Assembly: GCA_037443035.1 (NCBI GenBank)
Contig: JBBIPC010000033.1
Location: 1-22,789, forward strand
Reading direction: 5' to 3'
From: Chthonomonadales bacterium
GTDB taxonomy: Bacteria; Armatimonadota; Chthonomonadetes; Chthonomonadales; CAJBBX01
Length of the DNA: 22,789 nucleotides
The first letter of the stretch is position 1; each line of letters starts with the position of its first letter. Shown here in pieces: positions 8,421 through 18,068 of the stretch. Below the pieces are notes generated by a model. The model saw only the letters and a program-made list of their open reading frames with translations. It ran no database searches and had not been told where the DNA came from. Position numbers and translations under genes: made by a program.

Positions 8421-9580
8421 GGCAGCTTGCCTCCCTTGGTCAATGATTGGATAGCGGCACCGGCCACCTCATCGCAGGCCCGGGCGGCTTCATCGCCTCC
8501 CTGATTCGTCATGACGCCCACACCGAACCCCTTTTCCGGCGCCAACCACGCGACGCAGAAACTCATGGTATTGGAGCCTGCGTGGGTCAGCACCGTTCCT
8601 CCCCAGTCCCGCTGCGTGACCAGCCAACCGCCAGCGTAGTTGCCCCCGAACTGCGGGCTCAATAGGCGTTGCCACGTTTCCGGCTTGAGCAAGTGACCTG
8701 GCTCCCTCTGGCCCATGAGCGTGGCCGCCAGGTACTTGCCCCAGTCGCCTGGCGAACAGTGGGCTGTGCCGGCAGGGCCGAGAGCCGGGGGGTTGTCTGC
8801 AAGAATGCCCGGGGATACGGGCACGTGCTGGCCATCGCGCAGGCGATGCTGCCACGGCTGATCCTGCTTGCCTGGAGTGCCCATGGCGCCGAAACCGCCC
8901 GTACGCATACGCAGCCGTCCGAAGATGCGCTTTCGCATGATCTCTTCCCACGGCGCGTCCAAGAGTCGTTCCACAATGGCACCCAGGACCATGTAGCCCG
9001 CGTTGCTATAGGCGTAGGTCGAACCGGGCTCGGTGCCAGGTCGGCCTCGCAGGATCTTCGTCACGAATGCCAGGCGCTGCCGCCGGGAGGCCTCGGGCGA
9101 ACGTCTACCTTCTGCAACTTCCGCCAGATTGGCTGGAGCGGGGTGGAGCGAGCCCGCAAGCCCCGACCGGTGCGCCAGCAGGTGGTCCACAGTCACGCGG
9201 CGCATGTCCGGGTGCATGTCTTCTGCTATCTCGGGCAGGCCCTCTGCAAGCGGCGTCGTCCAATCGAGCTTGCCCTCTTCGATGAGCATGGCCACGAGGG
9301 TCGCCGTCATGGCCTTGGTGCACGATCCGAGATGGAAACGGTCCCGCGCGGTAACCCGCGTCGTGCCGCCATACTTGCGCACGCCGGTTGCAGCCTCGGC
9401 GACCACACGACCATCTTCGATGGCCACTGCTGCCAGCGCTGGCAAGTCGGTCTTCGTCCGGATAGGCTCGAGCATGCCGGCTAGACGCCTGGAAGTAAGC
9501 CTGTCGGAAGGTGCATCGGCAAGGGACATGGAGAAAGTCGAGCTTGCGGCTGCGTATAGAAACTCTCGTCGCGTCAGCAC
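8417..9580 (-). CDS. Serine hydrolase, beta-lactamase class C/PBP-like family, Tat-exported
   Basis: SxxK (LGSCTK), YxN (YAYSNAGY), HxG (LTHAGS) and LLAHRSGL. Twin-arginine signal LTRREFL. GTG at 9580 sits 6 nt after TAAGGAG, so it is preferred over TTG 9586. Confidence 0.9.
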   Translation of the reverse strand: MLTRREFLYAAASSTFSMSLADAPSDRLTSRRLAGMLEPIRTKTDLPALAAVAIEDGRVVAEAATGVRKYGGTTRVTARDRFHLGSCTKAMTATLVAMLIEEGKLDWTTPLAEGLPEIAEDMHPDMRRVTVDHLLAHRSGLAGSLHPAPANLAEVAEGRRSPEASRRQRLAFVTKILRGRPGTEPGSTYAYSNAGYMVLGAIVERLLDAPWEEIMRKRIFGRLRMRTGGFGAMGTPGKQDQPWQHRLRDGQHVPVSPGILADNPPALGPAGTAHCSPGDWGKYLAATLMGQREPGHLLKPETWQRLLSPQFGGNYAGGWLVTQRDWGGTVLTHAGSNTMSFCVAWLAPEKGFGVGVMTNQGGDEAARACDEVAGAAIQSLTKGGKLP

Positions 9581-9616
9581 GGGCAACTCCTTAGGTTCGC
9601 AACCTCTTCGATTCTG

Positions 9617-10450
9617 CTAAGCACGAAGGGCACCGCTGGTCACGCCCTTGACGAAGGCTCTCATGCCGAACGCGAACAGGAGGATCAGCGGGATGCTCCC
9701 TACAACGTAACCGGCGAGGGTCGGCCCATACTCCATGTTGAACTCGCCGGAAAAGCGCGTCACGCCTACTGTGAAGGTCTGCAGCGCGTTATCGCTGATG
9801 GCCACCAGAGGCCATATGTAGTCGTTGTAGACCCCCAGGCTTGTCATGATGGCCACTGTGCTCAACGTGGGGATAGTCAACGGCAGGGCGAGATGGCGAT
9901 ACATGCGCAGGTCATCCGCACCGTCCAGCCGCATGGCCTCGAAAAGCTCCTCTGGCAATCCGCTGATGAAGGTACGGCAGAGTACGATGCCCAACACCTG
10001 TCCGCCTGCCAGGTAGGGCAGGATCAGCGCCCAGCGCGTGTTCAGAAGGCCCATGCTCTGGACGAGTGCGTAGGTCGGGATGAGGGTCAGGATTCCCGGA
10101 ATCATGAGGAGCGCGAGCACGCCGGCGTAAACGGCTTCGCGGCCGCGGAAGCGGAGCCTGGCCAGAGCATAGCCTGCTAGGGAGGCTAGCCAGACGACGC
10201 CGGGCACGACGACGAGCGTTACGATGAACGTGTTCAGCAGAAAGGGCCAGAGCGACTGAGCCGCGCGGACATAGTGGCTCCACTTCGCCGGGCTGGGCAG
10301 GCCCCAGAAGTTCGTGAAGATATCTGCGTTGGTTTTCAGACTCAGCAGGAGCATCATCGCCAGCGGCGCAAGAGAGAGCCCCAGCAGTAGCAGAAGCACA
10401 GCGAGTGCCGTTGCACGTGCCAGGCGATCCGCGAAACGCCCCTTGCCCAT
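9617..10450 (-). CDS. Carbohydrate ABC transporter permease (MalG/CUT1-type)
   Basis: Hydrophobic segments, LASLAGYALARLRFRG, EAA loop LPEELFEAMRLDGA, YNDYIWPL and C-terminal FVKGVTSGALRA. Start taken as ATG 10450. Confidence 0.92.
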   Translation of the reverse strand: MGKGRFADRLARATALAVLLLLLGLSLAPLAMMLLLSLKTNADIFTNFWGLPSPAKWSHYVRAAQSLWPFLLNTFIVTLVVVPGVVWLASLAGYALARLRFRGREAVYAGVLALLMIPGILTLIPTYALVQSMGLLNTRWALILPYLAGGQVLGIVLCRTFISGLPEELFEAMRLDGADDLRMYRHLALPLTIPTLSTVAIMTSLGVYNDYIWPLVAISDNALQTFTVGVTRFSGEFNMEYGPTLAGYVVGSIPLILLFAFGMRAFVKGVTSGALRA

Positions 10451-10456
10451 GGTCCC

Positions 10457-10462
10457 ATTATA
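10457..10462 (-). promoter_or_regulatory. -10 box TATAAT of a probable leaderless promoter
   Basis: Minus strand reads TGTG-TATAAT-GGGACC-ATG: a perfect -10 box 6 nt before the ATG, with no convincing SD and no clear -35. Confidence 0.6.
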
Positions 10463-10608
10463 CACAGCGCAGCCCCTGTCGCGTCCGGCGCGAAATGCAT
10501 GTGGCGTACGTCTGCGCCGCTCTACGGCAAGATGGATGTGCTATCGGGAAGGTACTGCGCCGTCTGTCGGCGAATCGCCAGAATGACTTTCCAGAACAGG
10601 AGTGAACG

Positions 10609-11472
10609 ATGCATCAGTTTCCGCGCACGCTTGTCGGCGGCGTGTCCATGCCCCGGATGATCATTGGCAGCAACTGGTTTCTTGGCTACAGCCACTGTAC
10701 ACCATCCAAAGACAAGCTGATCCACGAGACGTTCGCCGACTACCACACCTTGGCCGACCTGCTCGAGGTATTCCTCAACGCCGGAGTGGACGCCGTCATG
10801 GGCTTCGGCCGCAACCCGCTTCTTCAGGCGGGCGTCAAGGAAGCGGAGCAACGAGCGGGCCGCAAGTGCATCATCGTCTCGACCCCATCGCTGCCCCACG
10901 ACCGGCGCACGGCCACGGAGGGCTTTGACATGGACGAGATCCGCCGGCTCCTGGACGCAGAGGTGGACTGCGGTGCGACGTTCTGCATGCCCCATACCAG
11001 CACCACCGACGACATGGTAGACAACTGCGCGCGAGAGGTCCGGCACATGGCGCCTGTTTTCGCCGAGATGCGCCAACGGGGCCTCATACCCGGCCTGAGC
11101 ACCCACTTACCGCAGACGATCGTTTTCACAGACGAGACAGGCCTCGATGCTGAGACCTATATCGCCATCTACAATGCCATGGGCTTCCTCATGCCACTGG
11201 AAGTGGACTGGACCCAGCGAATCATCCATGGCGCCAAGAAGCCTGTCATCACCATCAAGCCCATGGCGTCTGGTCAGATACGCCCATTCCAGGCGTTCCA
11301 CTTCGTCTGGAATACTCTGCGGCCCCAGGACATGGTCACGGTCGGCTGCATGACTCCGGATGAAGCCAAGGAAGTCATCGAGCTCTCGTTGAGCATTCTG
11401 GAGCGACGGAACGCTGATATCGCTCTGCAGGAGACTCGCTCGAAGGCGACGGTCAAGGCTGCCGCAAGCTGA
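10609..11472 (+). CDS. Conserved hypothetical protein, possibly aldo/keto-reductase-like fold
   Basis: ORF with SD (CAGGAG) filling the gap between genes. RMIIGSNWFLGYSH, PGLSTH, YNAMGFLM, KPVITIKPMASG and VTVGCMTPDEAKE echo AKR-type barrel strands. Function not assignable. Confidence 0.75.
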   Translation: MHQFPRTLVGGVSMPRMIIGSNWFLGYSHCTPSKDKLIHETFADYHTLADLLEVFLNAGVDAVMGFGRNPLLQAGVKEAEQRAGRKCIIVSTPSLPHDRRTATEGFDMDEIRRLLDAEVDCGATFCMPHTSTTDDMVDNCAREVRHMAPVFAEMRQRGLIPGLSTHLPQTIVFTDETGLDAETYIAIYNAMGFLMPLEVDWTQRIIHGAKKPVITIKPMASGQIRPFQAFHFVWNTLRPQDMVTVGCMTPDEAKEVIELSLSILERRNADIALQETRSKATVKAAAS

Positions 11473-11507
11473 CGGCGCACGCTGAACGGCGCCAACTCGA
11501 GCCGCGG

Positions 11508-11513
11508 TATACT
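11508..11513 (+). promoter_or_regulatory. Candidate -10 box (TATACT) for glnS
   Basis: TATACT in a GC-rich intergenic gap, 70 nt before the ATG; no good -35. Confidence 0.45.
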
Positions 11514-11583
11514 GCCCACAGGAGGATCGGCTCTGCGGTAGGTCTCTGCCACGCAGGAGCCGGTCGCCCAAGGAGAGTTGGCT

Positions 11584-13299
11584 ATGCGATCCGATGCGCC
11601 GGCTGGTAGGGAGCGACCCCTGGATTTCATCCGGGAAGCCGTCACGGAGGACCTGCGTACAGGTAGGTTCGATCGGGTACATACGCGCTTCCCACCAGAA
11701 CCCAACGCCTATCTCCACATCGGCCACGCCAAGGCAGTATGGATTGACTACGGCATTGCGCTAGAGTTCGGTGGGAAGTTCAACCTCAGGTTCGACGACA
11801 CGAACCCGCTTCGGGAGGAGGCCGAGTTCGTCGAGAGCATCATCGAGGACGTCCGCTGGCTGGGAGCCGACTGGGAGGACCGTCTCTTCTTCGCATCCGA
11901 CTACTTCGAGCAGATGTACGAATGGGCCGTGCAGCTCATACGCAAGGGGAAAGCCTACGTCTGCGACCTCTCGGCTGAAGAACTGAGCGCTACGCGTGGG
12001 ACGCTCACCACTCCTGGTGTCGAGAGTCCCTATCGCAACCGGAGCGTCGAGGAGAACCTGGATCTCTTCGCCCGCATGCGTGCTGGCGAGTTTCCCGACG
12101 GGGCCAAGACCCTTCGAGCCAAGATTGACATGGCGTCGCCGAACCTCCTCCTGCGCGACCCGGTGATGTACCGCATCATCCACGCTCGGCACCACCGTCA
12201 GGGCGATAAGTGGTGCATCTATCCCACCTACGACTGGGCTCACGGATTGGAGGACTCCATCGAGGGTATCACCCACTCCCTCTGCTCGCAAGAGTACGAG
12301 ATCCATCGCCCCCTCTACGATTGGTTCCTCGACCAGCTCGGCATCTACCATCCACGGCAGATCGAGTTCGCGCGTCTGAACATGACATACACGGTCATGA
12401 GCAAGCGCCGGTTCATCGAGCTCGTCAATGGCGGCTATGTCAGCGGTTACGATGATCCGCGGTTGCCCACTCTGGCAGGTCTCCGACGGCGCGGCGTGCC
12501 GCCCGAAGCAATTCGCAAGTTCTGCGAGATCATCGGAGTCTCGAAGACCGATAGCCTGGTGGATGTCGCTCTGTTCGAGGATTGTGTGCGGGACGATCTG
12601 AACTTGCGTGCTCCACGCGCCATGGCGGTGCTTCGGCCCCTGAAAGTCGTGCTGACGAACTATCCGGAGGACCAGTTCGAGGAGATGGAGCTGGTCAACA
12701 ATCCCGAGGATCCTTCGGCTGGAACGCGGAAGGTGCCATTTGGACGGGAGCTCTACATCGAGCAAGACGATTTCCGGGAGGAGCCACCGCCGAAGTACTA
12801 CCGTCTGGCTCCAGGCCGTGAGGTTCGCTTGCGCAGTGCTTACTTCATCCGCTGCGAGGAAGTCGTCAAGGACCCGCAGGGCAATGTCATCGAAGTCCGC
12901 TGCACCTACGACCCTGCAACGCGAGGAGGTAACGCACCTGACGGGAGGAAGGTCAAGGCCACCCTGCACTGGCTTTCTGCAGCGACGGCGGTGCCTGCCG
13001 AAATCCGGTTGTACGACCATCTCTTCCTCACGCGCGACCCGGACGATGTGGAACCGGGCAAGACCTATCTCGACAATCTGAACCCGAACTCGCTCCAGGT
13101 CCTGCAGGGCTTCGTCGAGCCGAGCATTGCCAAAGTCCAACCAGGCGATCGCTACCAGTTCGAACGGTTGGGCTACTTCTGCGCGGATCCCGACACGACC
13201 GACGGCAGGCCGGTCTTCAACCGTACCGTGACCCTGCGCGATACTTGGGCCAAGATCGAGAAGGCACTCAAGCAGGGCGGCGGCTCCTCCGAGCGGTAA
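11584..13299 (+). CDS. glnS: Glutamine--tRNA ligase
   Basis: [17 protein letters not shown] (HIGH), [20 protein letters not shown] (KMSKS equivalent), DDPRLPTL and [21 protein letters not shown] 11584 follows AAGGAGAG. No C-terminal Yqey extension. Confidence 0.97.
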   Translation: MRSDAPAGRERPLDFIREAVTEDLRTGRFDRVHTRFPPEPNAYLHIGHAKAVWIDYGIALEFGGKFNLRFDDTNPLREEAEFVESIIEDVRWLGADWEDRLFFASDYFEQMYEWAVQLIRKGKAYVCDLSAEELSATRGTLTTPGVESPYRNRSVEENLDLFARMRAGEFPDGAKTLRAKIDMASPNLLLRDPVMYRIIHARHHRQGDKWCIYPTYDWAHGLEDSIEGITHSLCSQEYEIHRPLYDWFLDQLGIYHPRQIEFARLNMTYTVMSKRRFIELVNGGYVSGYDDPRLPTLAGLRRRGVPPEAIRKFCEIIGVSKTDSLVDVALFEDCVRDDLNLRAPRAMAVLRPLKVVLTNYPEDQFEEMELVNNPEDPSAGTRKVPFGRELYIEQDDFREEPPPKYYRLAPGREVRLRSAYFIRCEEVVKDPQGNVIEVRCTYDPATRGGNAPDGRKVKATLHWLSAATAVPAEIRLYDHLFLTRDPDDVEPGKTYLDNLNPNSLQVLQGFVEPSIAKVQPGDRYQFERLGYFCADPDTTDGRPVFNRTVTLRDTWAKIEKALKQGGGSSER

Positions 13300-13362
13300 G
13301 CCGCCCCGCGCCTGTCCTGCCCGACAGCGCAAACGCAATCTCCACGAATGCGCTGAAAGTGC

Positions 13363-13391
13363 TTGACAGTCCGAATGGCGCTGCCTATACT
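13363..13391 (+). promoter_or_regulatory. Near-consensus sigma70 promoter
   Basis: TTGACA (13363-13368), 17-nt spacer, TATACT (13386-13391). Confidence 0.85.
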
Positions 13392-13500
13392 AGAAGCAAC
13401 GGTGCTGTTCTTCGGCGCGACGGACGCTTTGTGTCGTGCAGGGACCAGTCCGACCAGGTTGGCAACTGTGAACCGGGTACAACCCAGAGGAGGAGGTAAG

Positions 13501-14280
13501 ATGTCTTCCAAGTCAAGACGCACGGGCTTCACGTTGATCGAGCTGTTGGTCGTGATCGCCATCATCGCGATCCTCGCTGCGATTCTCTTCCCTGTCTTTG
13601 CCAAGGCCAGGGACCAAGCGCGACGCACAAGCTGCCTTAGCAACATCAAGCAGCTTGGCCTGGGCATGCTCATGTATGTCCAGGACTACGACGAGACCTT
13701 CCTGACAACCCAGAACGGCCTGGGCGGTGACTATCCTGGCTGGGATCCTTATTGCGGCACCTGGGTGGGCTTCCGGAGCTGGGTTCGCTACATCCAGCCG
13801 TATCTCAAGAACAAGCAACTATGCTTGTGTCCCAGTGGGCCGCGCAACTTCCTTCTGGGAGGAACTGGTGTTGCCGATGGCATGGCACAGGAGTTTCCCG
13901 AGGGGAACCACTACCTCTACAAGCACGCCATCGCGGCGGCCGGCGACTTCCTGGGCCGCCCGCTGAAACTGGGCGACTACAACGTGCCGGCTTCCATCGT
14001 CCTGATCCACGAGTATGCGTCGTACCATAACAACCAGCAGGCTGTCATGACGATGATAGATCCACAGCTCGTCCAGGGGCTCAACCTCAACGTCTGCTTC
14101 ATGGACGGGCACGGCAAGTATGTGCCCGGCGGCCAGTTCCGGCAGGCAAGGGTCATTCCACCGAGCAACTACGCTCCTTACGGCAATCCACCCCAGAACC
14201 TGGACCTGAACTGGCTCGTCCGCAATGACGGTGCCTGGACATGGGACGGCCGCGATCAGGATGCGAGGGACGTCGACTAG
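13501..14280 (+). CDS. Prepilin-type N-terminal cleavage/methylation domain protein (DUF1559, H-X9-DG-CTERM-like)
   Basis: [57 protein letters not shown] and C-terminal [11 protein letters not shown] 13501 follows GGAGGAGG; the ORF-track start 13363 is the -35 box. Confidence 0.93.
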   Translation: MSSKSRRTGFTLIELLVVIAIIAILAAILFPVFAKARDQARRTSCLSNIKQLGLGMLMYVQDYDETFLTTQNGLGGDYPGWDPYCGTWVGFRSWVRYIQPYLKNKQLCLCPSGPRNFLLGGTGVADGMAQEFPEGNHYLYKHAIAAAGDFLGRPLKLGDYNVPASIVLIHEYASYHNNQQAVMTMIDPQLVQGLNLNVCFMDGHGKYVPGGQFRQARVIPPSNYAPYGNPPQNLDLNWLVRNDGAWTWDGRDQDARDVD

Positions 14281-14299
14281 CCCCAGGGAAGGTGCGCAA

Positions 14300-14635
14300 G
14301 TGAAGCAGAACATCAGCCCCGCCGCGGCAGCCATTATCATCGCCGTCGTGGTGGCTATTGTGATCGGCATCTACGTGTGGCAGTACCGGGCGGCGCCGCA
14401 AGCAACGGCGATGAAGCCGCCGTCCATGTTACCGCCGCAGTTTCGGAGCATGAGTACCAAGGATCCGGTACCGCCCAATATCTCGAACCAGCCCGTTCAG
14501 GGCGGATCGCTGGCACCGCCAGGTCTCGGCAGTAGCGGACCTACCATACAGAGCGGCGGGATGATGCCCGGTGCACCTCCCACTCCCGGCGGTGCGCCGC
14601 CGCTCGCCCCTGGCACTGTCCCAAGTCCGCGTTAG
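14300..14635 (+). CDS. Small single-pass membrane protein with Pro/Gly-rich tail (111 aa)
   Basis: GTG at 14300 after GGAAGG, 19 nt behind the DUF1559 stop. MKQNISPAAAAIIIAVVVAIVIGIYVWQY is one TM helix, followed by a low-complexity P/G/S/M tail. Confidence 0.8.
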   Translation: MKQNISPAAAAIIIAVVVAIVIGIYVWQYRAAPQATAMKPPSMLPPQFRSMSTKDPVPPNISNQPVQGGSLAPPGLGSSGPTIQSGGMMPGAPPTPGGAPPLAPGTVPSPR

Positions 14636-14673
14636 GACATCGCCAGCGAGAGCGTGAACGTCGCGGCATGGAG

Positions 14674-14703
14674 CGGGGTCGTCGGCGAGACGGCCCCGTT
14701 TCT
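14674..14703 (+). terminator. Probable intrinsic terminator of the DUF1559 two-gene unit
   Basis: Stem CGGGGTCGTC / GACGGCCCCG (10 bp, one G-U), loop GGCGA, followed by TTTCT (short U tract). Confidence 0.55.
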
Positions 14704-14751
14704 GGTTGCGGGACTGCCTAGACCTAGCGAACAGAAGGAGGGGCGAAGGTC

Positions 14752-15561
14752 ATGGCGAGAACCTTGCGCAATCGAGTTGTCGTGATCACAGGAGGGTCGT
14801 CCGGCATCGGTCGTGACGCGGCCCTGCGATTCGCTCGGCATGGCGCTCATGTAGTCGTTGGTGCTCGCCGGCGGGAGCTTCTGGAGGAGGTGCACGCCGA
14901 GATCGAGGCGTCGGGCGCAAAGGCCCTGGCAGTGGTGACGGACGTCGCAGACCGCAGTCAGGTCCAGCGTCTCCTGGACGCTACTCTGGAGCACTTCGGC
15001 AGGGTAGATGTCTGGGTCAACAACGCAGGTTACGGCATGGTGGCGTGGGTGGAGCAGACCACGCCGGAGGAGATGCGGGCTCTCTGGGAAGTCAACTACA
15101 TGGGCGTTCTCCACGGCTGTCAGGTGGCGCTTCAGCAGATGCGGCGCCAGGAGTCCGGACATATCATCAACGTCTCCTCACTGGCGGGGCGCTTCGCTCT
15201 GCCGCTCAACTCGGCCTATGCCGCTACCAAACACGCTGTGAATGCTCTGAGCCAATCCCTCAGTATGGAGCTGCGCGGTACTGGTATCTACGTCTCTGTC
15301 ATCATGCCTGGCTTGACGGACACGCCCTTCTTCGAAGCTACCGTGAACAAGGTGCCAGGCTGCGGTCGCAGTATCGTGAAGGCGGCACCTGTGGGAGTGG
15401 TAGGTCAAGCCATCGTACGCTGCGCCATGAGACCGCGTGAGCAGGTCGTCCTGGCGCCCATGGGACGCTGGTCGCTCCTTCTCGCAGAGGCTATTCCGCC
15501 AATCTTCCGCGCTGTGGCCCGGCGCTACCTCCAGGTTCGCACGGAACAGGGCTCTCCCTGA
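14752..15561 (+). CDS. SDR-family NAD(P)-dependent oxidoreductase
   Basis: [16 protein letters not shown] and YAATK (YxxxK). SD GAAGGAGG upstream. Confidence 0.93.
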   Translation: MARTLRNRVVVITGGSSGIGRDAALRFARHGAHVVVGARRRELLEEVHAEIEASGAKALAVVTDVADRSQVQRLLDATLEHFGRVDVWVNNAGYGMVAWVEQTTPEEMRALWEVNYMGVLHGCQVALQQMRRQESGHIINVSSLAGRFALPLNSAYAATKHAVNALSQSLSMELRGTGIYVSVIMPGLTDTPFFEATVNKVPGCGRSIVKAAPVGVVGQAIVRCAMRPREQVVLAPMGRWSLLLAEAIPPIFRAVARRYLQVRTEQGSP

Positions 15562-15578
15562 TACCCCTCGTTTCCGGG

Positions 15579-15587
15579 TGCTATAAT
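15579..15587 (+). promoter_or_regulatory. Extended -10 promoter (TGnTATAAT) for ispG-sucC-hslU
   Basis: TG-C-TATAAT at 15579-15587, 57 nt before the ispG ATG. Confidence 0.7.
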
Positions 15588-15644
15588 CCCCCCACAAGCG
15601 TCAGTAGCAACGTAGCAGGAGCTGACCTTCGGAGATTAGCATCC

Positions 15645-16862
15645 ATGATCCCGATGACCTTTCCCCGGCGTCGCACACGGGTCGTACGCGTCGGTGATGT
15701 CGCGATCGGCGGCGATAACCCTATTGTCGTCCAGTCCATGATAACCGCAGAGACCCACAACGTTCCGGCGGCAGTGGAGCAGATCATCGCCATGCACCGC
15801 GCCGGCGCCGAGATCGTGCGCGTCACCACACCCAACCTGCAGGAAGCGCGTTGCCTTGGCGAGATCAAGGCCCAAGTCCGGAAGAGGTATCGCGACGTAC
15901 CGCTCGTCGCAGATGTCCACCATCAGGGGAGCGCCATCGCCGTAGAGGTGGCACGCTACGTAGACAAGGTCCGCATCAACCCCGGCCTCTTCGTTTTCCG
16001 CAAGCCCGTCCAACGGAGCGAGGAGTACACGCAGAGCGAGATACAGGCCGAGCTGGATGCCATCGAATCAGACCTCTTGCCCGTCATTCGTGCATGCAAA
16101 GAACGGGGCGTAGCCATGAGAATCGGCGTCAACCATGGCAGCCTCGCGGAACGTCTGACCGTGATGTACGGGGACACACCGCAGGGGATGGTGGAGTCGG
16201 CACTGGAGTACATCCGCATCTGCGAGCGGCATGACTACCGTGACATTGTCATCTCCCTGAAAGCGAGCAGGGTGCCCGTCATGCTGGCTGCCAACCGCCT
16301 CATGGTGCAGCGGATGGAGGAGGAGGGCATGGACTATCCCCTCCATCTGGGCGTCACAGAGGCAGGTGACGGGCAGTACGCACGGATCAAGAGCACGGCG
16401 GGCATTGCCACTCTCCTTGCCGAGGGCATCGGCGACACCATGCGGGTCTCGCTCTCGGAAGATCCGCTCAACGAACTGCCGGTTTGCTACGAGATCCTCC
16501 AGGCGCTTGGGTTGCGCAAGACCCGTGTGGAGTTCATCGCCTGCCCCTCCTGCGGGAGGACCAAGTTCGACCTTCCCACAGTGCTGGCGCAGGTCAAAGC
16601 CGCCACAGGTCACCTCGTAGGACTGGACATCGCCGTCATGGGCTGCATTGTGAACGGACCTGGCGAGATGGCAGACGCGGACTATGGCTACGTCGGGAAA
16701 GGCGGCGGTAGGATTTCGCTCTACCGCAAACGCCAGGAGGTCAAGAGCAACATCCCCCAGGAGCGAGGCGTAGAAGAACTAGTGGCACTGATCAAGGCGG
16801 ACGGCCGGTGGGTGGATCCCCCCTCGGAGCATGATCCGCCAACGACAATGGAGGAAGCGTGA
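15645..16862 (+). CDS. ispG: (E)-4-hydroxy-3-methylbut-2-enyl-diphosphate synthase
   Basis: [47 protein letters not shown] and the 4Fe-4S ligand motifs CPSCGR and [11 protein letters not shown]. Start could be 15645 or 15654. Confidence 0.97.
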   Translation: MIPMTFPRRRTRVVRVGDVAIGGDNPIVVQSMITAETHNVPAAVEQIIAMHRAGAEIVRVTTPNLQEARCLGEIKAQVRKRYRDVPLVADVHHQGSAIAVEVARYVDKVRINPGLFVFRKPVQRSEEYTQSEIQAELDAIESDLLPVIRACKERGVAMRIGVNHGSLAERLTVMYGDTPQGMVESALEYIRICERHDYRDIVISLKASRVPVMLAANRLMVQRMEEEGMDYPLHLGVTEAGDGQYARIKSTAGIATLLAEGIGDTMRVSLSEDPLNELPVCYEILQALGLRKTRVEFIACPSCGRTKFDLPTVLAQVKAATGHLVGLDIAVMGCIVNGPGEMADADYGYVGKGGGRISLYRKRQEVKSNIPQERGVEELVALIKADGRWVDPPSEHDPPTTMEEA

Positions 16863-18010
16863 AACTCCACGAATACCAATCCAAACACTTGCTGTCTCAG
16901 ACGGGAGTTCCTGTTCCACGCAACGGAGGTGTTGTCAGCACTGCCGCCGAGGCCCGACACGCCGTAGCAGAGCTTGGAGGCCGGGCTGTCCTCAAGGCCC
17001 AGGTACATACCGGCGGGCGCGGGAAGGCAGGCGGCATACGCATGGCAGAATCTCCGGACGAAGCAGAACGCCTGGCTGGCGACATGCTGGGCATGCTCCT
17101 GAAGACCCATCAAGCCCCCCAGGGAATCAGGGTGGAGAAGCTGTTGATCGAAGAGCCCCTTGTCGTCGAGAAGGAGTTCTACGCGGCGCTGGTGCCGGAT
17201 CGCTCCCTGCGCCGCAATGTGTTCGTCTTCAGCGCCATGGGCGGCATGGACATCGAGGCCGTTGCCGCCGAGCACCCCGACGCCATCGCTAGAGAGACCA
17301 TCGAGCCTGGCATGGGGCTGCGCGCCTATCAGGTTCGCAGAGCGTGTTACGAGTGCGGTATCACCAAGGAACTCACTTCCTGCCTGGTTCCGGTCCTGCT
17401 CGGCCTGTACGATGCGTTCGTCCATCTCGATGCCACGTTGGTCGAGATCAATCCCCTTGCCGTGACGGCGACAGGGAACGTGCTGGCCGCGGACGCCAAG
17501 ATCACGATTGACGACAATGCCCTGTTCCGTCATCCTGATTTGGCGGCCATGCAAGAAGAGGCCGCAGAAGATCCCATCGAAGCCGAGGCCCAGCGACGCG
17601 GCATTCAATACGTGCGTCTGGACGGCACCATAGGGGTCATGGGCAATGGCGCCGGCCTGGTCATGGCAACCTTGGACGAAGTCGCACGAGCAGGAGGGAA
17701 GGCGGCCAACTTCCTCGACGTGGGCGGTGGTGCGAAAGCCGACGCGGTTCGGAGTTCCCTGGAGTTGATCCTCATGCACCCGTCCGTGCGAAGTGTCCTG
17801 GTGAATATCTACGGCGGCATCACCCGCTGCGACGAGGTGGCCAAGGGCATTCTAGAGGCAACCGCAGGCATGGACCTTCGAGTGCCTATCATCGTGCGGC
17901 TGGCGGGCACGCGAGCGGCCGAGGGGGCGGCATTGCTGGCGGGCTCGGCGTTGACAACAGCAGCCACCATGCAGGAAGCCGCGCGACTCGCTGTCCAAGC
18001 GGCGGCCTAG
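16859..18010 (+). CDS. sucC: Succinate--CoA ligase (ADP-forming) subunit beta
   Basis: [67 protein letters not shown] and VRLAGT. GTGA overlap with the ispG stop. Confidence 0.95.
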   Translation: MKLHEYQSKHLLSQTGVPVPRNGGVVSTAAEARHAVAELGGRAVLKAQVHTGGRGKAGGIRMAESPDEAERLAGDMLGMLLKTHQAPQGIRVEKLLIEEPLVVEKEFYAALVPDRSLRRNVFVFSAMGGMDIEAVAAEHPDAIARETIEPGMGLRAYQVRRACYECGITKELTSCLVPVLLGLYDAFVHLDATLVEINPLAVTATGNVLAADAKITIDDNALFRHPDLAAMQEEAAEDPIEAEAQRRGIQYVRLDGTIGVMGNGAGLVMATLDEVARAGGKAANFLDVGGGAKADAVRSSLELILMHPSVRSVLVNIYGGITRCDEVAKGILEATAGMDLRVPIIVRLAGTRAAEGAALLAGSALTTAATMQEAARLAVQAAA

Positions 18011-18068
18011 GCAGCACAGAGCGCCACCGGTTCGAGCAAGCAGCGGCAGCATTACGGTGAGGTATGGC

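Noticed and set aside
8417..9580. Antibiotic-resistance beta-lactamase call
   Set aside because: It has HAG rather than the KTG triad of class C enzymes. This fits the broad esterase/peptidase branch, and resistance cannot be inferred.
11473..11583. T-box riboswitch upstream of glnS
   Set aside because: The gap is only about 110 nt and has no T-box consensus or terminator/antiterminator.
13300..13318. GCCGCCCCGCGCCTGTCC after glnS, similar to 22350-22366
   Set aside because: Short, very GC-rich, needs an indel, and the hairpins of the repeat element are absent; probably chance.
11761..13338. Long antisense ORFs (525 aa opposite glnS; also 16721-17779 and 18231-19487)
   Set aside because: Typical shadow frames of GC-rich genes, with no motifs, lying opposite confident housekeeping genes.
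13363..13500. 46-aa N-terminal extension of the DUF1559 ORF
   Set aside because: The TTG start is the -35 box. A strong SD precedes ATG 13501, which gives a normal short prepilin leader.
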